A stretch of DNA of 64,000 nucleotides, taken from positions 256,001 through 320,000 of the forward strand of contig CAVQUB010000012.1 in the NCBI GenBank assembly GCA_963716725.1, given 5' to 3'. Below, piece by piece: positions 1-8,907 of the stretch. The stretch is from an uncultured delta proteobacterium (lineage in GTDB: Bacteria; Myxococcota_A; Polyangia; Polyangiales; Polyangiaceae). How positions within the stretch are numbered: the first letter of the stretch is position 1; each line of letters begins with the position of its first letter. The position numbers and the translations under genes were made by a program. The notes beneath the pieces are model-generated. The model was not told where the DNA came from. It saw only the letters and a program-made list of their open reading frames with translations, and did no database searches.

Positions 1-2
1 AC

Positions 3-1202
3 CTGGCCAAGATCCCCGTGCGACTGAAGGACCGCGATGATGACGGCCTCGCCGCCGGCATGAAATACGTCGCAGGGATCCTCGACACAAGCGTCGAGCG
101 CAAGCGGATGACCCGTCTCGAGCGTGATCTGCGGTTGGCCCAGATCACGCCGACCGTCGACTACTCCGGGTTCCACCAGGCCCAGGTGGTGATCGAAGCG
201 GTCTTCGAAGACCTCGCGCTCAAGCACCAAATGGTGAGGGACATCGAGGCGCACGGACACGCCAAGGCGATCTTCGCCTCGAACACCTCTTCGTTGCCCA
301 TCACGCAGATCGCCGCCGGGGCCAAACACCCCGAGCGGGTGATCGGCATGCACTACTTCTCTCCGGTGCACAAAATGCCACTGCTGGAGATCATCGTGAC
401 GCCGAAGACGGCGTCTTGGGTCACGGCGACCTGCGTCGAGCTCGGCAAGAAGCAGGGCAAGACGGTGATCGTGGTGAACGACGGCGTCGGCTTCTACACC
501 TCGCGCATCTTGGCGCCTTATATGAACGAGGCCGCGTGGCTGCTCTCCGAGGGTGTCCCCGTCGAAGAGCTCGATGGCGCGCTCATGGACTGGGGTTACC
601 CCGTTGGGCCCGTGACGCTGCTCGACGAAGTCGGCATCGACGTCGGCGAGAAGGTCGGCAAGATCATGCTCGCGGCCTTCGGCGATCGCATGGTCCCGCC
701 GCCCGGCATGGACAAGCTCGTGGCCGATCAGCGCTTCGGTCGCAAGAACGGCCGGGGCTTCTACCTGTATGGCGACAAGAAGCAGACCAAGAAGAAGCTG
801 GTCGACGAGAGCGTATACGCAGTGCTGGGGGTCACGCCCGAAGCTGGGGCGACGCCGAAGCACGAGATCGCGGAGCGCCTAGCGCTCGCCATGGTGAATG
901 AAGCGGCCCTCTGTTTCGGGGAAGGCGTCTTGCGTTCGGCCCGCGACGGGGACGTCGGCGCCATCTTCGGCCTCGGCTTTCCGCCCTTCCGCGGCGGGCC
1001 CTTCCGCTACGTGGACGCCGTCGGTGCCCTCGAGGTCGTGCGTCGGCTCGAGCGCCACGAGAAGCAGCACGGCGCGCGCTTCACGCCGGCTCCGGTCCTG
1101 GTCGAGATGGCGCAGGGCGGAGGCTCGTTCCACGGCGAGCGCGCGATCCGACCCGGAACTACCGCAACCGTGCGGGAGGCGGAGCGGGTTCGCGTGCTCT
1201 GA
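3..1202 (+). CDS. fadJ: Fatty acid oxidation complex subunit alpha (3-hydroxyacyl-CoA dehydrogenase part), 5'-truncated by the window edge
   Basis: VIEAVFEDLALK, FASNTSSLPI, VIGMHYFSPVHKMPLLEII and GAIFGLGFPPFRGGPFRY are FadJ/HADHA-type motifs; frame is open from position 3. Confidence 0.88.
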   Translation: MAKIPVRLKDRDDDGLAAGMKYVAGILDTSVERKRMTRLERDLRLAQITPTVDYSGFHQAQVVIEAVFEDLALKHQMVRDIEAHGHAKAIFASNTSSLPITQIAAGAKHPERVIGMHYFSPVHKMPLLEIIVTPKTASWVTATCVELGKKQGKTVIVVNDGVGFYTSRILAPYMNEAAWLLSEGVPVEELDGALMDWGYPVGPVTLLDEVGIDVGEKVGKIMLAAFGDRMVPPPGMDKLVADQRFGRKNGRGFYLYGDKKQTKKKLVDESVYAVLGVTPEAGATPKHEIAERLALAMVNEAALCFGEGVLRSARDGDVGAIFGLGFPPFRGGPFRYVDAVGALEVVRRLERHEKQHGARFTPAPVLVEMAQGGGSFHGERAIRPGTTATVREAERVRVL

Positions 1203-1205
1203 GCC

Positions 1206-1925
1206 TCAGGGAGTCGGTCTCCCTCTTTGCATCTCGCTCTTCGCGCCGGACGCTCCCCAGGTCAGAAGCTCGGTCTTGCCGGGCTTGCCGACCTCTTCCG
1301 ATTTCACGACCCCGCTGATGGGGACAGCGGGGTGCAGCCAGACCACTTGATCGGGCGATCCCTCCGCCACGTCCGTCTTCTGCTGCCGCTTGTAGGCGCC
1401 CCGGAAGGTCGCCGCCGGCACGGTGACGTCTTCTTGCGGCGAGCCCGTGAGGCTGGGCACGAAGACGTCGGCCAGCGCCTTCTTGTAGCCGTCGGCGGTG
1501 GGCCCCAGCTTGTCCTCGCCGAGCTCGCGCATCTCGCTGTTGGGCATGCGGATGCGGGCCGCCTTGATCTCGATTCCGTTCGGATCACTCCGGCTCGTGA
1601 GTTTGACCAATAGCTGCATCACGGTGCCCGCTTCGGCCGCGCCGCGCACGATCTCGATCCAGTGCGCGCCCCGCTCTTCGCCCACGATCTTGTAGGTGAT
1701 CTCCGCAGTTGTGCCGTCGTCCATCGTGGTCCGGTACTTCGACCACTGCCCCACCGCGAAGGGCGCGAGCTCCGTCGAGGTCGGTCGGGCGACTTCTCCG
1801 CCCGGCGCCGGCGGCTCCGCGACGGTCGTGCCGGCGCCCGTGCCCGAGTTGGGGCTCTCCCCGCTGGGCTTGCTGCAACTCGCAGCCACCAGCAAAAGCC
1901 CCAGTGCCGTCCAGGAGCGACTCAT
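1206..1925 (-). CDS. Hypothetical lipoprotein
   Basis: Signal peptide with lipobox-like VAASC; Pro/Gly linker; EDVTVPAATF resembles the VTVPAGTF motif of DUF3108-like beta-rich domains. Confidence 0.7.
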   Translation of the reverse strand: MSRSWTALGLLLVAASCSKPSGESPNSGTGAGTTVAEPPAPGGEVARPTSTELAPFAVGQWSKYRTTMDDGTTAEITYKIVGEERGAHWIEIVRGAAEAGTVMQLLVKLTSRSDPNGIEIKAARIRMPNSEMRELGEDKLGPTADGYKKALADVFVPSLTGSPQEDVTVPAATFRGAYKRQQKTDVAEGSPDQVVWLHPAVPISGVVKSEEVGKPGKTELLTWGASGAKSEMQRGRPTP

Positions 1926-1993
1926 GGCCGCGTTCTAGGGCATGATGCCTCGTCGCGCCACCCTTCGAGCGCGACTCGCGTGAAAGGAGCCTC

Positions 1994-3139
1994 ATGGACC
2001 GCAACCTGTTCAGCGAGGAGCACGAGCAGTTCCGACAGTCGTTCAAGAAGTTCGTCCAGCGAGAGATCGTCCCGAACCAAGAGCGCTGGCAAGAGCGGGG
2101 CATCGTCGACCGCGAAGCCTGGCGCAGGGCGGGCGAGGGGGGCTTCTTGTGCCCTTGGCTCGAGACCGAGCACGGCGGCCCCGGTGGTGACTTTCTCTGC
2201 TCGGTGGTCGTGATCGAAGAGCTGGCGAAGGTCTACGAGTCGGGGTTCGCGATCTCGCTGCACTCGGACATCATCGTGCCGTACATGCACGAGTTCGGCA
2301 GTGCTGCCCAGCGAGCGCGCTGGCTGCCCGGGTGCGCGAGCGGCGAATTGGTCACCGCCCTCGCCATGACCGAGCCCGGCACCGGCAGTGATCTGGCAAG
2401 CATCACCACGACCGCCGTGCGTGACGGTGACGACTACGTCATCAATGGCACCAAGACCTTCATCTCGAACGGCATCCTGTGTGACCTCTGCATCGTCGCT
2501 GCCAAGACCGATCCCGACCCCAACAACGCCCATAACGGCATCTCGCTGATCGTGGTCGAGGCCGAACGCGCCGGCTTTGTCAAAGGCAAGAAGCTCCAGA
2601 AGATGGGCATGGCCTCCCAAGACACCTCGGAGCTGTCCTTCGAGGATTGCCGGGTGCCCGTGGCGAATCGCCTCAGCGAAGAAGGCGCCGGGTTCATGAT
2701 GCTGATGAAGAAGCTCGCCCAGGAGCGACTCGTCGTCGCGCTCGCGGCGCAGGGCGCCGCCGAGCAGGTCTTGACGGACACCGTCGCGTACGTGCAAGAG
2801 CGGCGAGCCTTCGGCAAGCCCATCGCGAGCTTCCAGAACACGAAGTTCAAGCTCGCCGAAGTGGCGACGAAGGTCGAGGTGGGGCGCGCCTTCGCCGACC
2901 GCCTGGTCCAAGAGCACGTGGCCGGGAAGTTCCTGGTGAAAGAGTGCTCGATGGCCAAGCTGTGGCACACCGAGATGGTCGGCCAGGTGGTGGACGAGTG
3001 CCTCCAGCTCTTCGGCGGCTACGGGTACATGCTCGAGTACCCCATCGCTCGTGCCTACATGGACGCCCGCGTGCAACGCATCTTCGCTGGCACCAACGAG
3101 ATCATGAAGGTGATCATCGCCAAGCAGATGGGGCTCTGA
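1994..3139 (+). CDS. Acyl-CoA dehydrogenase (long-chain type)
   Basis: ALAMTEPGTGSDL, INGTKTFISNG, QLFGGYGYMLEYPIARAY, IFAGTNEIMK; AAAGGAG RBS upstream. Confidence 0.95.
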   Translation: MDRNLFSEEHEQFRQSFKKFVQREIVPNQERWQERGIVDREAWRRAGEGGFLCPWLETEHGGPGGDFLCSVVVIEELAKVYESGFAISLHSDIIVPYMHEFGSAAQRARWLPGCASGELVTALAMTEPGTGSDLASITTTAVRDGDDYVINGTKTFISNGILCDLCIVAAKTDPDPNNAHNGISLIVVEAERAGFVKGKKLQKMGMASQDTSELSFEDCRVPVANRLSEEGAGFMMLMKKLAQERLVVALAAQGAAEQVLTDTVAYVQERRAFGKPIASFQNTKFKLAEVATKVEVGRAFADRLVQEHVAGKFLVKECSMAKLWHTEMVGQVVDECLQLFGGYGYMLEYPIARAYMDARVQRIFAGTNEIMKVIIAKQMGL

Positions 3140-3160
3140 GCTAGACCGCGGGGCGGCCGC

Positions 3161-3514
3161 TCAGAGGCTCACGCCGAGTCCCCGGAGTAGCAGCCCCACT
3201 CCCATCGAGAGCGCGTTGGCCAGGGCCGAGACCGCCAGCGCTCGGCGCCAGCGGAGCTGCGGAAATACCAATCGGTAGAGGAGAAGTTCCGATCCCACCG
3301 CCCACAGCTCCGCGCAGATCAGCATCGGAGCGTACGCCATGCCGAGCTCGGGGAATACGAACCACACTGCCGGATGGCTGAGCACGTTCGCCGCGAGCAC
3401 GGCCGCGAGGCGTCGCCGCAGGGGCTCGTCGCGGGGCAGGAGCCAGGGCGCCAGTGCGAACTCCGCGCCCAGGGTGAAGCCGAAGGCCTTGGCCCAGAGG
3501 GCGACGTAGGTCAC
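3161..3514 (-). CDS. Small multi-pass membrane protein
   Basis: About four hydrophobic segments, ANVLSHPAVWFVFP; GTG at 3514 is the likely start (ORF track extends to 3652). Confidence 0.6.
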   Translation of the reverse strand: MTYVALWAKAFGFTLGAEFALAPWLLPRDEPLRRRLAAVLAANVLSHPAVWFVFPELGMAYAPMLICAELWAVGSELLLYRLVFPQLRWRRALAVSALANALSMGVGLLLRGLGVSL

Positions 3515-3665
3515 GCAGGCCCACCCAAGGACCGCTGGCCTGGCCAGACGCGCAGCATGCGTTGGACGATAGTCGTGCCCATCCGCCCAAGGCCAGCGCG
3601 TCTGGTTGGTCTGACCTTGGAAGACGGGCCCTCCGACGGACGGAGCGGCCACGGGAGGCCCGACG

Positions 3666-4250
3666 ATGGCGGCACGCAGAGACGATTCGATGCTGTTCTC
3701 GCTGCAAGGGCTCTCGCCTGCCGATCGGCAGCGCGTCGAGCGAGAGCTTCGTCAACACCGGCTCGCAGCGGCCGCCGCAGCCGCTCGTGCCGAGTCGAAG
3801 CGTCAGGCCGACCTCGAACGAGGGCGTCTGGCCGGCGAAGAAGCCGAGCGGCAACGGGAGGCCGAGTTCCAAGCTCGAGCTGCGATCGAGAGAGCGCGCG
3901 CCGAGTTCGAGTCGCGGGCCAAGGTCGAGCTGCTCGAGCTGCAACACGCCCACGAGCGTCGGATGCGGGCGCTCGAGAGCCGGGGGCAGCGCGGCAATCA
4001 AGTCGCCGCTCTGGGCCTGGTCGTCGCCATGGTGTGTGTGGTGGGGTCGCTGGGGTTCTACCTGGGCAAGGTGCGGCCCGAGACCGCCCGGGTGCAACGT
4101 GCCTACGACACGTTGGTTGCGGCGGAACGTCATCGCGCCGAAGAAACCAAGCGCATGCTCGAGAAGAGCGAGAGGCGACGGGCGGAGCTGGCGACGGAAC
4201 TCCAAGTCGCGCGGCGACGCATCGACGCGCGGGAGGGCGGCTCAAAGTGA
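3666..4250 (+). CDS. Coiled-coil membrane-anchored hypothetical protein
   Basis: N-terminal DSMLFSLQGL, long E/R/A-rich coiled coil, single TM (ALGLVVAMVCVVGSLGFYL), second coiled coil. Confidence 0.65.
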   Translation: MAARRDDSMLFSLQGLSPADRQRVERELRQHRLAAAAAAARAESKRQADLERGRLAGEEAERQREAEFQARAAIERARAEFESRAKVELLELQHAHERRMRALESRGQRGNQVAALGLVVAMVCVVGSLGFYLGKVRPETARVQRAYDTLVAAERHRAEETKRMLEKSERRRAELATELQVARRRIDAREGGSK

Positions 4251-5396
4251 GAGCACGACCTCCGCTCCGAGGTCGACCTCGCAGCGCGTGACATGCTCCA
4301 GCAAGAGCTCGACGCGGGCGTCGACCGCAGCGAGTTGTGACTTGCCGAGGATGGGCGCCATGGGATCGGCCGCGAGCGTCTGCGCCAGCCTTGCCCCGAG
4401 TCGCTCGTCCACCGGGGCTGCGGGGCCGAGTGCTCGCAACGCGTCGACGGTCGCGCGGCGGAAGCGACAGAGCGGCGCGAGCCGCTTCGAGTTGTTTTCG
4501 CCCCGGCTCGACCGCCAGGGGGCGAAGGCCGACGCATTGTCGAGAAAGATGAGCGCGCCGCCGCCGAGCGAGAGCACGTTGCCACCGGACCAACGATCCG
4601 TGTTGTCGATCAAGAAGTCGAAGACCATCAAGTCGCTCCACTCGGGTAGCCGCTTGGAGAGCTCCTCTCGAAGGGGCTCCTTCGATCGCAGCCCCTCGGT
4701 CCAGTCTTTGGGCGGCTCGGCGCTGCTCAATCGGCCGGCGTGCCACGCGATCATCGCACCGCTCACGCGTCCGTCCCGCGCCGTGACCTCGTCGCGAAAG
4801 CGCTGGATGAACTTCGGGTCGGCGTTCGACGCCTCGAGGTGGTCGATCAAGTGCGGATAGCCGATGGACCGACCCGCGACGGCGGCGGTCCGTGAAAACC
4901 CCACGATCCGATCGAGGTGATAGGCGGCGATCTCTGCCCGGAAATTCGAGGCCGAGTGCTGCTGCTCCGGCTTGAACACGGCGCGGCTGCCGTCCTCGAA
5001 GCGGACGCGCAGCGTGATGGTGGCGCCACCAGGGTTTTTCACGATCTCGGTGATGGGCGCGCTCGCGAGGCGCGTGACCCAAGCCTTGTCTTTGCCCGCA
5101 TCTACCGGACCGCTGAAGCCCGCGTGGGCTGAGCTCGATGGACGGGGCAGGTGGCCGACGAGGGCCGCCGGTGCGCCGGGCGCCCGCTCCGGCGCGGGCT
5201 TCATCCGAGGCGCGCTGCTTGCGGAGGGGGCCGGCGCGGGGCCGCCCTCCGACGGCTCCGTGCGCGGCGCCGGGGCCGATGCTGTCGCTTCGGCGCCCCG
5301 AGCGCGCAGCGTCGTCGCCTCGGGATCGGCTGTAGGTGGCTCGCGGCGCTCGCACCCGAGCACGAGACCCAGGAGCAGGACCGGCCGCCAGCGCAT
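4242..5396 (-). CDS. Fam20C/Four-jointed-like secreted atypical kinase, lipoprotein
   Basis: Lipobox LVLGC; PGGATITLRVRFEDGSRAVFKP, AEIAAYHLDRIVGF, DLMVFDFLIDNTDR, FLDNASAF match Fam20C-family kinase motifs. Confidence 0.75.
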   Translation of the reverse strand: MRWRPVLLLGLVLGCERREPPTADPEATTLRARGAEATASAPAPRTEPSEGGPAPAPSASSAPRMKPAPERAPGAPAALVGHLPRPSSSAHAGFSGPVDAGKDKAWVTRLASAPITEIVKNPGGATITLRVRFEDGSRAVFKPEQQHSASNFRAEIAAYHLDRIVGFSRTAAVAGRSIGYPHLIDHLEASNADPKFIQRFRDEVTARDGRVSGAMIAWHAGRLSSAEPPKDWTEGLRSKEPLREELSKRLPEWSDLMVFDFLIDNTDRWSGGNVLSLGGGALIFLDNASAFAPWRSSRGENNSKRLAPLCRFRRATVDALRALGPAAPVDERLGARLAQTLAADPMAPILGKSQLAAVDARVELLLEHVTRCEVDLGAEVVLSL

Positions 5397-5447
5397 GCGC
5401 GCATATTTTCACATTTGGGCGCGTCGAGAGCGGATAGTCTCTGCCGG

Positions 5448-6548
5448 GTGCGAAGACTGGCTCGCGCGCTCGCTCTGGTGGCCGTGGCAGCGGCACTGCC
5501 GCAGGCCAGCGCGCGCACCGAGCCTCTGCCGCACGCGCCGCGACCCGTGGCCGAGGCGTCCGCCTACAGCGGGCCGGCTGCGACGGTGACGGATGCGCCG
5601 CCACCCAGGGTCGTCGAGGTCGAACCGGTCGGCGAACGTGTCTCCCTCGACGCGCCCTTGGTCGTGCGCTTCGAGGCGGACATGGTACCCGGTAAGATCG
5701 TCGAGCTAACGCCGGACGTTCCCGGCGAGGGTCGCTGGCTGAACGCCAGGACGTGGTCGTTTGCTCCGAAGCGCTGGCGCCCCGGTCGGCCGCAGCGCGT
5801 CCGCGTCGCTCCGCCCGGGGGCGAACCGGTCGAGTGGTCGTTCCGCGCCCGCGTGCCGATGCCCATCGCTCCCGCACCCGGTGAGGGCGCGCGTTTGATC
5901 CTGAGCTTCGATGACGGGCCCAACGATCGCCGTCAGGCCGATCGGCTGCTCGACCGTCTGAAGGAGCTCGGGATCCGGGCGCTCTTCTTCCCCTCCGGGC
6001 GTTGGGCCAAGGCGCGTCCCGATTGGGTGCTGCGCGCGCACGACGAAGGCCACCGGGTGTGCAACCACACCTTCAGCCACCCGAACCTCACGGCCCCCTG
6101 GATGACCGAGGCGAGGATCACCGACGAGATCGCCCGCGGCGCCGGGGACGGTGAGTGCAAGCTCTTCCGGCCGCCCCTGATGGGAGTGGACGGCCGGGTC
6201 GAGCGCATCGCAAAGTCCCTCGGCCTCGAGGTGTACCTCTGGGACATCGACAGCCGAGACTGGGAGGGCGGGCCCGCCGAGGACCTGCTCGCCACGGTAC
6301 TCGGACGCGCGCACCCCGAAGCCGTCGTGCTCTTCCATATCCACGCCGCCGCGACCTTCGAGATCCTGCCCGCCCTGGCCGAATCACTGCGCAAGGCGGG
6401 CTACGTCCTGTCGTGGGACCCCAAAGACGCTCCCGGAAGCCATGTAGGCGCGGGTGGGAGAACTGAATGGGGCGCCCTTCGAGACCGTCCCACAGATGCG
6501 GAAACCCCTTCAGCTGACCAGGATCTGCCCGGGCTTGGCCCACCCTGA
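5448..6548 (+). CDS. Secreted polysaccharide deacetylase (CE4/NodB) with N-terminal Ig-like domain
   Basis: LSFDDGP, NHTFSHP, FRPP, WDIDSRDW and LFH NodB motifs; signal peptide from GTG 5448; Big_5-like VVRF..GEGRWL..WSF segment. Confidence 0.85.
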   Translation: MRRLARALALVAVAAALPQASARTEPLPHAPRPVAEASAYSGPAATVTDAPPPRVVEVEPVGERVSLDAPLVVRFEADMVPGKIVELTPDVPGEGRWLNARTWSFAPKRWRPGRPQRVRVAPPGGEPVEWSFRARVPMPIAPAPGEGARLILSFDDGPNDRRQADRLLDRLKELGIRALFFPSGRWAKARPDWVLRAHDEGHRVCNHTFSHPNLTAPWMTEARITDEIARGAGDGECKLFRPPLMGVDGRVERIAKSLGLEVYLWDIDSRDWEGGPAEDLLATVLGRAHPEAVVLFHIHAAATFEILPALAESLRKAGYVLSWDPKDAPGSHVGAGGRTEWGALRDRPTDAETPSADQDLPGLGPP

Positions 6549-6669
6549 CGGCTGGCTGCTAGAGTTCGAGTCCCGAGAATCGATGGAAGATTCCGGGAAG
6601 TTCTTCGTAGCAGTAGATGGGGCGCCCGCCGCCTGCTTCATTGCTTAGGGAACAAGGAGAGACCGGATC

Positions 6670-7590
6670 ATGCACAAACTCATCGCACCCTTCTTGATCG
6701 GCGCGGCCGCCTTCGCGGTGCCCATGCTCGTTCCGTCCACCGCTCACGCCGGGCTCGAGGCGTGCGGCGATATCGAGGTCAGCGCCAAAGGCGAGTGCAA
6801 AGCGGAAGTGTCCGGCGGCTGCACCGCCAAGTGCACGCCCATATCGTTCAAAGCACAGTGCGCAGCCGAAGGCTACGTGACGTGTGATGGCGGTGAGTGC
6901 AAGCTCGAGGCCAGTGCGGAGTGCACCGCAAAGTGCGACCTGAGCGCTTGCGAGGCCAAGTGCAAGGTGACGCCAGCCGAGTTCGACTGCGAAGCAAACT
7001 GCAGCGCCGGTTGCGATGTCGACTGTTCGGGGAACTGCGACGCGAAGTGCGGCACCGACTCCGAGTGCAAGTCGAGCTGCCAAGCGTCCTGCAAGGCGAC
7101 GTGTTCTGGCGAGTGCAAGGGCAGTTGCACGGGCACGCCGGCGACCGCAGATTGCAGCGCCAAGTGCCAGGGAAGCTGCAAAGGTCAGTGCTCGGCAAAG
7201 ACGAACTTCCATTGCCAAGTGGACTGTCAGTCGAAACTGGAAGCGAGCTGCTCGTCCAGCCTCAAGGGCGGCTGCGAGGCGCAATGCCAGAAGCCCGAGG
7301 GTGCGCTGTACTGCGACGGGCAGTACGTCGACAAGGACGGCAACTTTCAGGATTGCTTCGACGCTCTGACCCAGTGGAAGGCGCGTATCGACGCCAGCGC
7401 CACCGGTAGTGCGACCTCGGAGTTCAAGTGCGACTCGAGCGGCTGTTCGTTCTCAGCCGAGGCCGAAGCCGAAGCCGAAGCCTCCTGCGCCACCGCTCCC
7501 GGTCCGCGCGCCGGCGGCGCTGCCTTCGCGTTCGGCGCGTTCGGCTTGCTCGCCGCCTGGGCCCTCGGCCGCCGTCGCCGCAGCGAGTAA
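6670..7590 (+). CDS. Cys-rich secreted protein with MYXO-CTERM-like sorting signal
   Basis: Signal peptide ending AHA; about 37 Cys, mostly in CxxxC runs; C-terminal SC..GGAAFAFGAFGLLAAWALGRRRR; AAGGAG RBS. Confidence 0.8.
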   Translation: MHKLIAPFLIGAAAFAVPMLVPSTAHAGLEACGDIEVSAKGECKAEVSGGCTAKCTPISFKAQCAAEGYVTCDGGECKLEASAECTAKCDLSACEAKCKVTPAEFDCEANCSAGCDVDCSGNCDAKCGTDSECKSSCQASCKATCSGECKGSCTGTPATADCSAKCQGSCKGQCSAKTNFHCQVDCQSKLEASCSSSLKGGCEAQCQKPEGALYCDGQYVDKDGNFQDCFDALTQWKARIDASATGSATSEFKCDSSGCSFSAEAEAEAEASCATAPGPRAGGAAFAFGAFGLLAAWALGRRRRSE

Positions 7591-7610
7591 TCCAACCCTT
7601 CGTTCGATGC

Positions 7611-7645
7611 CCGAAGGCGCCGTGACCCGGCGCCTTCGGCGTTTG
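7611..7645. terminator. Hairpin terminator between convergent genes
   Basis: Perfect 12-bp stem CCGAAGGCGCCG (7611-7622) / CGGCGCCTTCGG (7628-7639), 5-nt loop, followed by GTTTGT; lies between stops at 7590 and 7654. Confidence 0.7.
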
Positions 7646-7653
7646 TGGGGCTG

Positions 7654-8385
7654 TCAGCCCTCCTTCTTCTTCTCGGGCTTGTCGCAGCGAATCGAGCCCT
7701 CGGCGTTGCAGGTCGTTCCGGTCTTGCACTCTTCGTCGATGACGAACTTGCCGCCCTTGCAGACCACAATGCTGCTCTTGTCGAGGTTGCAGGCGTGTTT
7801 GCCTTCCATCTCGGCGGTGCACGGATCCTTGTCGCGGGCCACGGACATGTCACAGCCGAGCTTCCCGCCTTCCGACTTGCAGCCACCTGGGCCCAGGCAG
7901 TGAAACTCGAGCGTCATCTTGCCGTCTTTGCAGGCTAGGTACTGCTTGCCGTCCACGCTGCACGCCTTGGTCTTGTCCGCCTCGCGACATGCGTCGCCCG
8001 GTTCGGCGACGGACAGGTCACAGAGCGGACGGCCGTCTTCGGTCTCGCAGCCCTTCGGCCCGCGGCAGGTGGTGGCGACGAACTTCCCCGACGTGCACAC
8101 CAGCTTGGTCTTGGCGTCCGTGCAGGCCGATGCGCCCTCCTCGTCGGTGGAGCAAGCGTCGCCTGCTGCGTTGCCCGTGATGTCGCACGACACCCCCGTC
8201 GGCGAGAGCCCACAGCCTCGTGGACCCTTGCAGGGGGCCTGGATGTAGCTCCCTTTCTGGCAGATGAGTTGGCTCAGTTTGTCGACGCAGCGCGCCTCGC
8301 CCTTGTCGCAGGAGCTGCCCGGACTGGGCTTGCAGGCGGACAGGAGGGCGACGACGAAGACCGAGGCGAAGGTGGTGATGCGCAT
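7654..8385 (-). CDS. Cys-rich repeat lipoprotein
   Basis: Lipobox LLSAC; three CxGPxGC-containing repeats of about 55 aa plus a degenerate fourth. Confidence 0.8.
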   Translation of the reverse strand: MRITTFASVFVVALLSACKPSPGSSCDKGEARCVDKLSQLICQKGSYIQAPCKGPRGCGLSPTGVSCDITGNAAGDACSTDEEGASACTDAKTKLVCTSGKFVATTCRGPKGCETEDGRPLCDLSVAEPGDACREADKTKACSVDGKQYLACKDGKMTLEFHCLGPGGCKSEGGKLGCDMSVARDKDPCTAEMEGKHACNLDKSSIVVCKGGKFVIDEECKTGTTCNAEGSIRCDKPEKKKEG

Positions 8386-8444
8386 GGGGAGGGCGCGCAG
8401 TCTAGCGCGCTCTCACGCCCGATGGGCAGCAGTGAATCGTGGCT

Positions 8445-8861
8445 TCAGCGGCGGATCACGCGCACCGCGACGGTGCGCGCCGAGTCGCAGCGGCGCGCGG
8501 CTTGGGTCAAATCGCGCGCGTTCGCGTGGGCGGCCTCGAGCAGGTAGCGGTGGTGGCGCAGATCTTTGGCGTCGGTCGGGTGGGTCAAGCGCTGGGACTC
8601 CCGTCGCGCGACTCGGAGCTGAGCGTGGATCTGACTGAGCTTGCCGCTGACGCAACGTACTCGTTCCGGATCATTCGTTGATCGAGCGGCCCGAAGCTCC
8701 ACACGCACGCTGATGGCCGCCTGTTCGACCTCGCGTGCCAGGGCAGGTGCCCCGGGTTGGTTTTTGGCCGCCGCAGGTGCTGCCAGGAGCCCGGCCAGGC
8801 ATGCCGCCCAGAGGCCCCTGCGCACAAAGCCAAACCGGACGACTTCCGTAGATCTCGACAT
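8445..8861 (-). CDS. Small secreted helical hypothetical protein
   Basis: Signal-like WAACLAGLLAAPAAA, helical body with two Cys; fills the gap between genes; start uncertain. Confidence 0.5.
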   Translation of the reverse strand: MSRSTEVVRFGFVRRGLWAACLAGLLAAPAAAKNQPGAPALAREVEQAAISVRVELRAARSTNDPERVRCVSGKLSQIHAQLRVARRESQRLTHPTDAKDLRHHRYLLEAAHANARDLTQAARRCDSARTVAVRVIRR

Positions 8862-8907
8862 CTCTGGGCCCTTGCGATGCCGCCGGCGACACCGGCATTC
8901 AACCGCC

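Noticed and set aside
3511..5877. Long alternative-frame ORFs (e.g. 3511-5877, 15707-17668, 22647-25145, 45422-47425, 55191-57572, 60670-62997)
   Set aside because: Arg/Pro/Ala-rich or antisense shadows of well-supported genes; expected in high-GC DNA where stop codons are rare; no recognisable motifs
7456..7482. (GCCGAA)n microsatellite
   Set aside because: In-frame Ala-Glu linker before the sorting signal; a 6-nt unit cannot cause phase variation by frameshift
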